Positions 17,223-26,726 of a stretch of 64,000 nt of DNA are shown one piece after another. This DNA is from Deltaproteobacteria bacterium (lineage in GTDB: Bacteria; Myxococcota_A; Polyangia; HGW-17), in the NCBI GenBank assembly GCA_016937155.1, contig JAFGWM010000053.1, positions 15,495-79,494 of the forward strand. Reading direction: 5' to 3'. The notes below the pieces were generated by a model. The model saw nothing but the letters and a program-made list of their open reading frames with translations, was not told the DNA's origin and made no database searches. The position numbers were made by a program, and so were the translations under genes. How positions within the stretch are numbered: position 1 is the first letter of the stretch; each line of letters starts with the position of its first letter.

Positions 17223-18449
17223 TTATTTACCCTCATTAAATTCAATATGATTTATTCCAGTATCAATCGGATCCACCTTAATCATCTGTGAAACAAACAG
17301 TCCGGTAAGCATGGTGTGATAAAATAAATATCCGATGATTATATGTCTGGCAAAATACCTGGAAACCGGCACACCATCCCTTGATATCAATGATCGCCAG
17401 GATAACGCATTAACAATACTGAAAATAATACCAACAAAAGGAAACATGGCAGGGAAAAAAACTATCACCCACTCAAAACCCCAGTGATGATCCACCATAT
17501 TAATTGCTGTTTTATGCTCCATCATTCCCAATATAAAAGATACAAAAAATACTAGAAAGCAAATTGAAAATATAACAAGAAGTGGGAGAATAAGAGCGTC
17601 TGAAATTCCAGACAAAGCTGCCAGTAATAAAATCGTACTGAAAAATCCCGAAATTGCTGTAAAGAGAGTTACTTTTCCGGATTTTTTTTGATAATTCATG
17701 TAATCCGTGTATTTCAGTTCTTCTCTTTTCTTTTGTTCATCAATCCTTCTTTGCTCTTTCTCTTTTCTGGCCTCAATTTTTCTATCAAAAAGAGACTTTC
17801 CTTCAAATCTGATATACCACTCTTTTACAGTCCTTACTGGATGTATCCTTTGCCAAATAGCATCAGGAATGAAAAATTCAGAACTACAAAAATCACATTC
17901 TGTCACACGTTCATTTGCAACTGAAATGGAAATATTTGAACCACACTGAGGACAATTCATTAGAACAGGTTTTTTATCCTCCTCAATCATTTGTTTTTCA
18001 GAATCCAATTCTTCAGGATTTTCAGTGCCAATAAGGAGAGATCCTGTTGGCATGAGTGTTCTCAACCATGTCGGAAAAGGATATACTGAAGTGGATTTTC
18101 CACATTTTCCACAATTAATTTTACCTGATTCAGTTGCATGGAAATTGTCGAAATTAAGAGGTGCCTTGCAATGATCGCATACCGGATTTTTCCAGGTTTC
18201 ATGATACCTGAATGTATGACCGGAACTGAGAGTACCGCTGTATGTTCCACCTGAACGAAACCTATCTGGATATTCCTCTTCCAGATGCTGTAATATATTC
18301 GGCCACTCAGTATCTTCAATAACCATCCTGTAAAAACAGTTATGGCATAAAATTCTTCTGGATATTCCTCCAACCATGATTGGCGAGCCGCAATTATCAC
18401 AGGTGGTTCTTAGTTTATAAGCCACATAACGATATACTTTGGTCACCAT
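17223..18449 (-). CDS. Membrane protein with three N-terminal zinc-ribbon-like modules, a charged coiled segment and a multi-TM C-terminus
   Basis: 408 aa. CDNCG...CHNC, CDHC...CGKCG, CPQCG...CDFC. KEKEQRRIDEQKKREE linker. At least 4 hydrophobic helices after residue ~265. Confidence 0.5.
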   Translation of the reverse strand: MVTKVYRYVAYKLRTTCDNCGSPIMVGGISRRILCHNCFYRMVIEDTEWPNILQHLEEEYPDRFRSGGTYSGTLSSGHTFRYHETWKNPVCDHCKAPLNFDNFHATESGKINCGKCGKSTSVYPFPTWLRTLMPTGSLLIGTENPEELDSEKQMIEEDKKPVLMNCPQCGSNISISVANERVTECDFCSSEFFIPDAIWQRIHPVRTVKEWYIRFEGKSLFDRKIEARKEKEQRRIDEQKKREELKYTDYMNYQKKSGKVTLFTAISGFFSTILLLAALSGISDALILPLLVIFSICFLVFFVSFILGMMEHKTAINMVDHHWGFEWVIVFFPAMFPFVGIIFSIVNALSWRSLISRDGVPVSRYFARHIIIGYLFYHTMLTGLFVSQMIKVDPIDTGINHIEFNEGK

Positions 18450-18515
18450 TCACCTCATTTCAGGATGTAAAATAATTTTGAATATTAATGAAATAATACA
18501 ACACAAGTGTTTTAA

Positions 18516-19331
18516 TCAGTAAATTGAAAAATACAGACTCTGAAAATCCCTTGAAAGTTTATAATCGGTTTCTGTATATCCCATATTCAGGTAGGATGTA
18601 ACCACAACACCCATTCTAAGGAAGGTATTCTTGAAAACCCTTCTGCTGATAAAAGCCGCAAAATAACCAAGACTAAAACTGTAAGTACACTCATCATTGT
18701 TTTCATCACTGCAAAAAGAAAGTTCTCTGGATGCAACACTGGACTGGATACCTACTCTCCAGTTTCTGTTGATTTTATATATCATTGAGAATGAAGTCGT
18801 TTGCAGAACATCAAAATCGCTCATTGTAACTGTAGCTGAAAGTTCAAAAAGAAATCTCCAGGGCTGCCACCTGAACCCCATCATTAAACCGGGTGTGAGT
18901 ATATTCTTCTCTTTTATATCCAGTGTGTGATCTCCCATAACAGGAACATCTCCACTATGAAGCATCCCCAGATGTATACCCCATACCATGTCAAGGGTTG
19001 GCCAGTGCCATCTTCTACCGGTATCAACAAAATGAATATAATAACTGTGGAGAGACTGACCTGCATCCCAATGAAAAGGAGTCAGATTTTGACCCACACC
19101 TTCAAAATTCATTGTAGAAAAAAACCACTTTTTATAATGCAAATACCCGGTGGAAACAGACAAAAATTCCTGATTTGAAAATCCTATTATATCAAACCCA
19201 GGCAAAGTAAATTTCAGATCTGTATTTTCTATTTTTACCGGATCGTTCAGAGGAGGGGTGCTCTGTAAAGTTCCCCACGGATAGGTAACCATGAAAAACA
19301 CTATTAAAAGCCCAGCCCTGTAATTCAGCAT
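18516..19331 (-). CDS. Hypothetical secreted protein, possible small outer-membrane beta-barrel
   Basis: Start set at MLNYRAGLLIVFFMV (signal-like). Alternating hydrophobic pattern and aromatic C-terminal residues (...LYFSIY). No recognised motif. Confidence 0.3.
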   Translation of the reverse strand: MLNYRAGLLIVFFMVTYPWGTLQSTPPLNDPVKIENTDLKFTLPGFDIIGFSNQEFLSVSTGYLHYKKWFFSTMNFEGVGQNLTPFHWDAGQSLHSYYIHFVDTGRRWHWPTLDMVWGIHLGMLHSGDVPVMGDHTLDIKEKNILTPGLMMGFRWQPWRFLFELSATVTMSDFDVLQTTSFSMIYKINRNWRVGIQSSVASRELSFCSDENNDECTYSFSLGYFAAFISRRVFKNTFLRMGVVVTSYLNMGYTETDYKLSRDFQSLYFSIY

Positions 19332-19344
19332 ATCCAGATACCAG

Positions 19345-20061
19345 CTAATCAAGAAAAGTCAGGAAATCATCATTTTCATCCTGAGTCCTGTTCTCTTTGG
19401 ATGAATCCTCAAACACCTCATTAATACCCATAAGTCCTCTCAATTTTTCATTTGCAACAACTGTTCTTGCTGTCTTGGACCAGTCCAGATACCATGCCCA
19501 GACTTCTTCCTCATGCTTCTTGCGTTTTTCTATCTCATCAGGTTCTATGAGAAACTCTTCAGACATTTTCTCCAGTGTCACATCCTCAAGAATATGCTTA
19601 ATAGTATCTCTTTCGGACTGGGTCAGCCCCCTCTTTTCAAGTATAGCCAGAGCATTTATGGCATCCTGTGTCTGATCAGCCTCAAGTTCTTCCAGCCTTC
19701 CTACAAGTGTCTGAATATTTTTCACAACACCAAAACCACTGCCACGACTGATACCTGAAAAAAGCTTCCTGTGAACATCCGGATAAAGTCTGGCTAAAGC
19801 CGCATCTGCCACATCAAACCAGGTGTTTTCCCATCTGTCCAGCAATGCAACTGTATCAGATTTGACAGCAAAACTGGTGGAATCCAGTTGTTTTATTTCA
19901 AACATCCAGTCTGCTGCCTGCCTCAGGAGATTCCAGCCTTCACTCAATGAATCATGGTCAAATCCTCTGGCTCCCATAAGGGCAACTACTTTGGGATTAT
20001 GGAAAGAAATGAGGAATTTTAAGACTTTATGAAATTTTTCATCACGGGGTAAATTTGCCAC
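19345..20061 (-). CDS. Hypothetical cytoplasmic helical protein
   Basis: 238-aa ORF with GTG start and GGAGG 8 nt upstream. No recognisable motif. Confidence 0.45.
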   Translation of the reverse strand: MANLPRDEKFHKVLKFLISFHNPKVVALMGARGFDHDSLSEGWNLLRQAADWMFEIKQLDSTSFAVKSDTVALLDRWENTWFDVADAALARLYPDVHRKLFSGISRGSGFGVVKNIQTLVGRLEELEADQTQDAINALAILEKRGLTQSERDTIKHILEDVTLEKMSEEFLIEPDEIEKRKKHEEEVWAWYLDWSKTARTVVANEKLRGLMGINEVFEDSSKENRTQDENDDFLTFLD

Positions 20062-20176
20062 TTCTAAACCTCCATAAGAGTTACAGATTTATCATGTTAC
20101 TTCAGGAAAATCATTTACAGGTTAAAAAAGGGAAGTATTAAAGTCAAGCAATCAAAACTGTTTTTGGGCAACTAAA

Positions 20177-20677
20177 TTAAGTTCCCATTTGTGAAATATC
20201 AAGATATAGATTTTTTTCAACAGTTCTTGAGTATAAATAATTATCCAGAGGATCTGCCATGTAAACTGCATATACTCTGGATTTTTCTTCTGCTGTTCTA
20301 TCCGGGTATAACAAACTCCAATCGTGAAAAAAGTCATGAATCTCCTGAACAAGAATCTGAAGATTATGAGTTAAAAGAGCAGTGGTATACATGTCAACTG
20401 ACTCCGAAATTCTCTTTTGCAGCAGTGGGACACCAATTCTGCAAGCCAGTTTTTCCTTCATTACATATTCAAATACTGAATCTGATTTACTGATACTTAT
20501 TTTACCAGTGATGTTTAGTGGCTCATTTTTTCCATTTTCCACCAGTTTCATGAAAAGTCCCCTGCTTTCAGGGAGCAACTCCTCATGCCACCAAGATGAG
20601 TGAATGGAATCAATGGATTCTTCCAGCAGCTTTCTGCGCTCCTGAATTAAAGTTTTCAGATCACAAAAATTCATCAT
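20177..20677 (-). CDS. Hypothetical protein
   Basis: 166-aa ORF starting 6 nt after the stop of the upstream amidase-like gene. No recognisable motif. Confidence 0.45.
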   Translation of the reverse strand: MMNFCDLKTLIQERRKLLEESIDSIHSSWWHEELLPESRGLFMKLVENGKNEPLNITGKISISKSDSVFEYVMKEKLACRIGVPLLQKRISESVDMYTTALLTHNLQILVQEIHDFFHDWSLLYPDRTAEEKSRVYAVYMADPLDNYLYSRTVEKNLYLDISQMGT

Positions 20678-20683
20678 TGGAAC

Positions 20684-23446
20684 TCAATTCAGAAAGGATT
20701 GTCTTTTTCTTATCAGGAAAAGACCAACAGCAAATATTACCACTAAAGATAATTCATGTCCCACTGGGGTTTTTGTACCTGGAACATTTTTACAGTGACA
20801 GCCGATTACGGTTTCGGTTTTACAATCATAGTTTTCCTCACAACTGTCAGAATCATTACCAGCATCATCAGCATCGGTCCCTGTATCCTCAGTATCTGTG
20901 CCTGCATCAGGAATTAAAGGAGGATAAACACCAAAATAATCTGTAACTGCTTCCATAATATCTGACTGAATATCCTCTTCGATTATGTTTTCAAATGGAA
21001 ACCCCAGAGTCAGAACTCCACCGGACTCATTTACTTCATAAAGCAGCCCGGCAGTGGTCCCTGATGAAAAAGTAACAACAGTTGATCCATCCGGTAGCGG
21101 AGTGATAACATTCATATCACCAGGATAATACCCCTCACTTTCACCATCATTCAGCGTTGAACCTGAAATTCCAGCAAAAATTCCAGCACCAGACATTCCT
21201 ATACTGAAATCTGTGGTATCAACTGTGTATGATTCCGCACCAATAAAAGCCAGTAGATCATTTCTGCCTGATACATAGAAGTCTTCCAGAAGATTTGAGC
21301 CTGAAATAAACAGATTTCCACCAGTAGCAACATATGTGCTCAAATCATCCCACAGATAATCAGGAAATTCATTTTGTCCTCTACCATTTACTACATCAAT
21401 AAGCTCATATCTGGTCAGATCGACTTCGCCACTGATATATTTCTCCAGGGATATGGTATCAAATACAAGATCATTCCTTCCCAAAGCCCTTGCATGTGAA
21501 GTGAACCCATCTCTGAAATCGTACATTTCACGCAAAAGCATTCGATGAACCAGAGATGTATACCCCAGATCCTGTTTAATATTAAGCGCTTCTCCAAGAG
21601 CAGTAAATGCATCGATTATCAGAATATTCGCACTTCCTGTGGGACTCACCCCGACGGCTACCGGAGGACTTATTATACTTTCACCGCCACTGTTAACGCT
21701 GCTCACCCTGATATATAGAACCTGTCCGGACACAAGACCAGTAAGATCCATAGATGTTTCAGAGGTAAACACACCCTCTCCCCAATCTCTCTCTACAGGA
21801 CTTATATATACTCTATATCCTTCAGGGGCACTACCTCCAACGGGATCCTCCAGTGGAGGATTCCAACTGATCCTGACACCGGATTCAGAATTAAAAACAC
21901 TTACTCCATTTACAGGCTCAGGAGGAAGAACTGCCTGATAACCATCACGCTGTGCAAAATATTTGATAATCGCATGACAAGCCGCCCGCCCTGCAATATA
22001 TCTTTCAGGAGCCCTTCTGTAATAAATCATGTCCTGAGCGCTGTCGTGAAACAGCGCCTCCACAAGTGCTGCAGGAACATCACTGTCATGATAAGACGGA
22101 TTGATTTCTCCGAAGTAGGCGCTTCTAACACCACGGTCATACCATGGATTTTCATAGTGAACATTGAATGCGCTAACCATCTGGCTTTGAACAAGTGCTG
22201 CAAACTCATCACTTCCTGCCGTTCCCATCCCAGGAGTATATGTTCCATCCGGGGGATTTGATGAATAAACATAGGTTGAAGTACCCCGTCCACCACCTGC
22301 GTTTGTATGCCATGAGAAATAAACACTGTCTTCACCGGTTTCATGAATCCAGGCGGCAAGTCTTGATCGGCAACTTACATCATCATTATTATCCTCACTT
22401 GATGAATTCCAGACTGTGGAGGGCGCACCTGAAAACTGGGCATGATAACGACAGCATTCTTCATATCTGGGTTTCTGACTGGTGCCACCCCCTCTGTCCC
22501 ACAAACCCCTTCCACCACCAATACGAACCGCATCCAGACTAACCTGTGCGTTTGATGAACTGTATTCGCTGTCATTTGCAACCGCAATACTGCCGATTGA
22601 TGAATTTACTCCCTTTTTGAACCAGAACCGTCCCAGTAAAACCCATGTTGCGCCATGATGTCTCTGATCAACCCTGAAATGAGTCTGTCCCCCGGGATGG
22701 TTCACGATATAGTGAGCATCCGGAGCACGCTCTGAGTAGGATGTATAACTGATATAGACATTATAATAGGAACTGACGGGCACGTTAAAGGTGTAAACAG
22801 CCCTCGCTGTTTCCTGAGCAGAAGTATCCATAAGTCTGTTGGTTCCCTCTTCAAAGGGATTCGTACCGTCAGACAGTGGTGGTTCAACCCAGCCGAATGA
22901 TTGAAGAGAGCTATTTGAAAAAAGTCCCGAGTCCCCTGTTTCAATATATGTCCCTCTGTCAGGATTTGCCTCCATATCATCGTTATCTACAACCACCATA
23001 AAATCCGTGAGATCAATTTCTCTTACAGGCACCACATATGCACCACTTCTCCAGAGACAAGGCACCAGAAACTGGTTAACTGTCTCCGCATTTGATAAAT
23101 CCTCAACAACACCTTCACTGAGTCCCCTTTGAGTGGTCCATCTGGTTCCTGTCCAGTACCATCCATGACCTGGTGAAACATAAATACTTTTTCCGGCAAG
23201 AGCCCCCTCATCAGAAGAAAACAACGATTTTGAAAATTCAGGACGAACTCGTCTGACGACTGAACCGACTCTCTGGTCTGGTCTTTCCCATGGTCTTTGA
23301 GGAACTTTATCAAGTCCTTCCACTCCTCTGATATTTTCACCTGCAAGCCCTGTAATATCAGCATTTTTATCTGCCACACTGCTTGTGCTGTCAAAAATAA
23401 ACGAAAAAATAATAATAACCGAAAATAATGAAAGGATTGTTTTCAT
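20684..23446 (-). CDS. Secreted N-acetylmuramoyl-L-alanine amidase-like (Amidase_3-type, split by a large insert) protein with FN3 domain, alpha/beta C-terminal domain and Cys-box sorting tail
   Basis: Start set to MKTILSLFSVIII (ATG 23446, GGGAG upstream). Amidase_3-like blocks YVSPGHGWYW, FSWHTNAGGGRGTSTYVY, ALVEALFHDSAQD. FN3-like GVRISWNPP...GYRVYISP...YIRVSSVN. Tail is GCHCKNVPGTKTPVGHELSLVVIFAVGLFLIRKRQ. Confidence 0.6.
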   Translation of the reverse strand: MKTILSLFSVIIIFSFIFDSTSSVADKNADITGLAGENIRGVEGLDKVPQRPWERPDQRVGSVVRRVRPEFSKSLFSSDEGALAGKSIYVSPGHGWYWTGTRWTTQRGLSEGVVEDLSNAETVNQFLVPCLWRSGAYVVPVREIDLTDFMVVVDNDDMEANPDRGTYIETGDSGLFSNSSLQSFGWVEPPLSDGTNPFEEGTNRLMDTSAQETARAVYTFNVPVSSYYNVYISYTSYSERAPDAHYIVNHPGGQTHFRVDQRHHGATWVLLGRFWFKKGVNSSIGSIAVANDSEYSSSNAQVSLDAVRIGGGRGLWDRGGGTSQKPRYEECCRYHAQFSGAPSTVWNSSSEDNNDDVSCRSRLAAWIHETGEDSVYFSWHTNAGGGRGTSTYVYSSNPPDGTYTPGMGTAGSDEFAALVQSQMVSAFNVHYENPWYDRGVRSAYFGEINPSYHDSDVPAALVEALFHDSAQDMIYYRRAPERYIAGRAACHAIIKYFAQRDGYQAVLPPEPVNGVSVFNSESGVRISWNPPLEDPVGGSAPEGYRVYISPVERDWGEGVFTSETSMDLTGLVSGQVLYIRVSSVNSGGESIISPPVAVGVSPTGSANILIIDAFTALGEALNIKQDLGYTSLVHRMLLREMYDFRDGFTSHARALGRNDLVFDTISLEKYISGEVDLTRYELIDVVNGRGQNEFPDYLWDDLSTYVATGGNLFISGSNLLEDFYVSGRNDLLAFIGAESYTVDTTDFSIGMSGAGIFAGISGSTLNDGESEGYYPGDMNVITPLPDGSTVVTFSSGTTAGLLYEVNESGGVLTLGFPFENIIEEDIQSDIMEAVTDYFGVYPPLIPDAGTDTEDTGTDADDAGNDSDSCEENYDCKTETVIGCHCKNVPGTKTPVGHELSLVVIFAVGLFLIRKRQSFLN

Positions 23447-23512
23447 TTGCTGCTCCCGATAATTCCATGGTTCTTTTTGCAAAAGACTTTTGCGATAATA
23501 TACCCCGAATAA

Positions 23513-24274
23513 TCAGTTTTTTCTGCTTTTTAAAGTGAGTATAAGAATAAAAATACCAAACCCCAGCATAAGTTCACCAAGTAAAAGTGGCCAGATGGGT
23601 CTGTTAACAACATCAGTCTCAATATAAAGTTTCAGAGCCTCAGGATGAAAAGGCTTTTTAAGAGGATTCTCAGAACTTTTCAGATGAATTGAAGAAGGAA
23701 GCCTTGATTCAACAGCTGAAACGTCAATCTGAGCCATCAACCACAGTTTTTTACCTTCAACAGAATTCATTGGTACACTGAATAAAAGTCCTGAAATTTT
23801 TCCGGCTTTAAGAACTGCAGTGACATGAGAATGGGAAACATCCTTTAAAAACGGGATAAGTTTAATTTTTTCCATTTCATCCCTGCTGCCGGCACATGCT
23901 ATTTCAGTTCTTTCTTCATCCATAACCAGAAGACTCTTAAATGGGGCAATTTTTTTCAATAGTTCAAAGTGTCTTTTAACAGTCTCTGGAGGAACTGTAC
24001 TTACCGGAGAAAGTGATTCAAAGTGCCCGGCAGTCAGTTTAAGAGGGTTTAATAAAACATCAATGGATGCCTTTACCATCTTCCCTGGAATATCCAATTC
24101 AGTGTTCGATTTACGATATCGACCACCAAAAATTGTCAGAATAAGAACCAGTATGATGGCCACCACAGGGATAAGCCATAATATTGCATTAAGATTAATA
24201 TTTTTTTTCAGAGAATGGTGTGGATAAGGATTCTCAGCCATATGGTATTGCTTCCTTCTTTGAACTTCCTGCAA
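23513..24274 (-). CDS. Hypothetical bitopic-loop membrane protein (TM / ~170-aa extracytoplasmic domain / TM, no output domain)
   Basis: Hydrophobic helices at ILWLIPVVAIILVLILTIFGG and IWPLLLGELMLGFGIFILILTL. The true start may be MAENPY (24241). Confidence 0.5.
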   Translation of the reverse strand: MQEVQRRKQYHMAENPYPHHSLKKNINLNAILWLIPVVAIILVLILTIFGGRYRKSNTELDIPGKMVKASIDVLLNPLKLTAGHFESLSPVSTVPPETVKRHFELLKKIAPFKSLLVMDEERTEIACAGSRDEMEKIKLIPFLKDVSHSHVTAVLKAGKISGLLFSVPMNSVEGKKLWLMAQIDVSAVESRLPSSIHLKSSENPLKKPFHPEALKLYIETDVVNRPIWPLLLGELMLGFGIFILILTLKSRKN

Positions 24275-24308
24275 CCATATTATCGGATGAAGGATAATTC
24301 AACTTTTA

Positions 24309-25424
24309 TCAGATTCCTTCTTCCAGAAATTTTTCAGAATATGTATAAACCAGACCGCAACGGCTCATCCAGTTCAACGCCCTTTCCTCATCAATACAAC
24401 CTTCAGGAGGATAAACACCCTTAACTTCTATTTCCCCATTTGCCAGAAAAACAGCACCGGTGACCACCGGATAGGCCAGAAGATTTTCAAGCTTGTTAAT
24501 AGTGCCACAACTGATCTGAACTCTTGCACCCTTACGAATACCGGTGACATTTACACGCAGTGCAGCATTCCCAAGATTTTTTTTTCGAATGTGAAACTGG
24601 GCATATCTAGACGTCATATGAAAAATTGATGCCACTTTTTCACGGACTGTACCATCCTTTGAAATTCCGGTTTTTCCCGCAGCTCTTATTAAAAATTCTG
24701 TCCATGAGGGTATCAATCCGCCCTTAACACTCACCTCATTAACATCCATGTACTCGGAAAGTGTTATCACTTCAGGATAGCCCATATGAGAAAGTTTTTT
24801 TAAACCTACCGGATACGGAAACTTGAACATTTCAGTTCCAGAAAATGCATCAACCCTTGTACGTGTTCTTCTGGAATAAAATGGCACCTTTTCATTCACA
24901 AGATACATTAAATGTTCAATCTGAGCCTGTCCGGAAAGCTCATCAATGCTGGAAACCCAGCCGATACTAACTTTTTCTACAGTTTCAAGAGAAGAAGCTG
25001 CCCTCATTGCAAAAAGATTCGATAACCCTGGAGAAAAACCAAGGGATGTAATATAGGTTACATTTCTTTTTCTTGCCTCATCATCAAGAGCTAAAAGTGA
25101 TGTAATGGCATTACTGTCATTACAAATATCGACGCCACTGATACCTGCCCCTATGACTGATCTGGCTATAATTTCCCCGTACCTGTAAAATGGTCCGATG
25201 CAGTTGATTACAATACTACTTCCTGATATGGCAGAAGGAATTGTTTCCTCCCTTATTGCATCCAGTCGGGTGTATGTAACTCTGTCGATCCCATGGGGGA
25301 ACATCTGACTTATATCAAGAAAGTTTCTGTCGCAGATGTTAATCTTTGAGTCAGTATATTTCAGAAGTGCCCTGACAACACTGCTCCCCATTGAACCAAA
25401 TCCGCCAAGAACACTAATCAGCAT
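24309..25424 (-). CDS. Saccharopine dehydrogenase-family NAD(P)-binding oxidoreductase
   Basis: 371 aa. N-terminal Rossmann motif ISVLGGFGSMGSSV and family-typical INCIGPFYRYG and SLGFSPGLSN blocks. Confidence 0.65.
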   Translation of the reverse strand: MLISVLGGFGSMGSSVVRALLKYTDSKINICDRNFLDISQMFPHGIDRVTYTRLDAIREETIPSAISGSSIVINCIGPFYRYGEIIARSVIGAGISGVDICNDSNAITSLLALDDEARKRNVTYITSLGFSPGLSNLFAMRAASSLETVEKVSIGWVSSIDELSGQAQIEHLMYLVNEKVPFYSRRTRTRVDAFSGTEMFKFPYPVGLKKLSHMGYPEVITLSEYMDVNEVSVKGGLIPSWTEFLIRAAGKTGISKDGTVREKVASIFHMTSRYAQFHIRKKNLGNAALRVNVTGIRKGARVQISCGTINKLENLLAYPVVTGAVFLANGEIEVKGVYPPEGCIDEERALNWMSRCGLVYTYSEKFLEEGI

Positions 25425-25439
25425 CTAAATATCCAATAA

Positions 25440-25868
25440 TTACTCTGCAAACATGTCTCTCAGTTTGTTATCCCATTCATCAGCAACTTTTGCAACAGTA
25501 TGTAAAATATCCACAAATTCCTCATAATCCAGACCGGCCAGTCCTCTGAGAGCTCTCAGAAAAACTTTATTCGGACTGGTGCGATTATCAATTGCAAAAG
25601 AACCATCTTCAGTAACGAGAAAATTTAGCTCCAGAAGTTTCCTGAACAGCTCGAACTGTTTTGTTTCCGGAACATCCATAATAAAAGCAAGAAATACTAT
25701 GATCTTATGGCTTTCAAACACATTAATGGTAACTCTTGCACTGCCTTTTTGCACAAAAGTATAACCATTTTCATCAAAGGGTCTGAATGTCTTACCCATT
25801 GATTCTCCAAATTTTTTCAGATACTTGTTTACAAGGGCAATCCCGGGATTATCGATATTTTCAGTCAT
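25440..25868 (-). CDS. YbjN / T3SS-chaperone-like small acidic protein
   Basis: 142 aa. Overall pattern (YTFVQKGSARVTINVFE...IVFLAFIMDVP...LLELNF...GSFAID) resembles the YbjN-type fold family. Weak call. Confidence 0.4.
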   Translation of the reverse strand: MTENIDNPGIALVNKYLKKFGESMGKTFRPFDENGYTFVQKGSARVTINVFESHKIIVFLAFIMDVPETKQFELFRKLLELNFLVTEDGSFAIDNRTSPNKVFLRALRGLAGLDYEEFVDILHTVAKVADEWDNKLRDMFAE

Positions 25869-25996
25869 TTATTTACTCCTGTGAAAACAGACAGAAGTGG
25901 ATTCTAACAAAAAAAAGCTGAATTACAACAATCTAAAACAAACTGATATAAAGGGGAGAAAAAGAGGATGAAGGGAAAATGATAAACACTCCCGAG

Positions 25997-26656
25997 TTAT
26001 TCTTTAGCTTTTTTCTTTTTATCAGTTATTTTGCAGTCCTTAACCCTGATCAGACGCCAGTCATCATCCTTGAGCTTAAGAGCCACCAGTGAACATTTGA
26101 GAAGTTTTTTGTCTTTCATTTTAGCTATTACCTTAGCCTGCCATACTGTAACTTCCTTTGTAATGTTCTCGATCAATTCCTTGAATTTTTCGTTTTTATC
26201 ACCAGGTTTGAAAGTGAATTTTTCCTTATCATCGGTCTTAACTTTAAGGAATTTCGATTTGGAAGCATTTTCCTTCCACATTGAAAATTTCTCTGTCATT
26301 TTCTCACTGTTTACATATTTTTTAAAGAAATCAGGTTTTGCAAAAGCTTTGCCTTCTTCTTCGGTGAGAACAATTTTCTTTACTTTATCAAAATCCTTGT
26401 CAAAGGCTGCTCTGAAAACAAATTTTGTGAGGTCACCCACTGATTTTTTTGCATTTTCAAAGGTAACTTCCGGTGCTTTTGCCTTAAATTCCTTATGTTT
26501 TTTATGCTTTTTATGTTTCTTGTATTCCTTGTGTTCTTTGTGCTTTTTATGCTTTTTGTAATGTTTGTCCTTGTGCTTTTCGCCACCGCATCCTAATGCG
26601 AAAACACTTCCTGAGAGCATCAGTAAAGTCATTAAAACAGATAACTTTTTAATCAT
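25997..26656 (-). CDS. Lipoprotein with His/Lys-rich N-terminal tract
   Basis: 219 aa. Signal peptide with lipobox FALGC. Directly after the Cys comes GGEKHKDKHYKKHKKHKEHKEYKKHKKHKKHKEF. The rest is Lys/Glu-rich. Confidence 0.65.
   Translation of the reverse strand: MIKKLSVLMTLLMLSGSVFALGCGGEKHKDKHYKKHKKHKEHKEYKKHKKHKKHKEFKAKAPEVTFENAKKSVGDLTKFVFRAAFDKDFDKVKKIVLTEEEGKAFAKPDFFKKYVNSEKMTEKFSMWKENASKSKFLKVKTDDKEKFTFKPGDKNEKFKELIENITKEVTVWQAKVIAKMKDKKLLKCSLVALKLKDDDWRLIRVKDCKITDKKKKAKE
26492..26575 (-). repeat. Imperfect short tandem repeats encoding the (H-K-K)n tract
   Basis: + strand reads ttatgttttttatgctttttatgtttcttgt...gtgctttttatgctttttgt. Codes 8 His and 14 Lys in about 28 residues. 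Confidence 0.7.
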
Positions 26657-26726
26657 TCAAACACCTCCATGTTTTTCCTGACCGAAAAATAGCAGATTGA
26701 AATAAACTGTGCAATCTATATGTAAC

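Noticed and set aside
26031-26561. 176-aa plus-strand ORF and 68-aa minus-strand ORF inside the His/Lys-rich lipoprotein gene
   Set aside because: These are mirror or alternate-frame readings of low-complexity repeat DNA, with no signal, motif or RBS.
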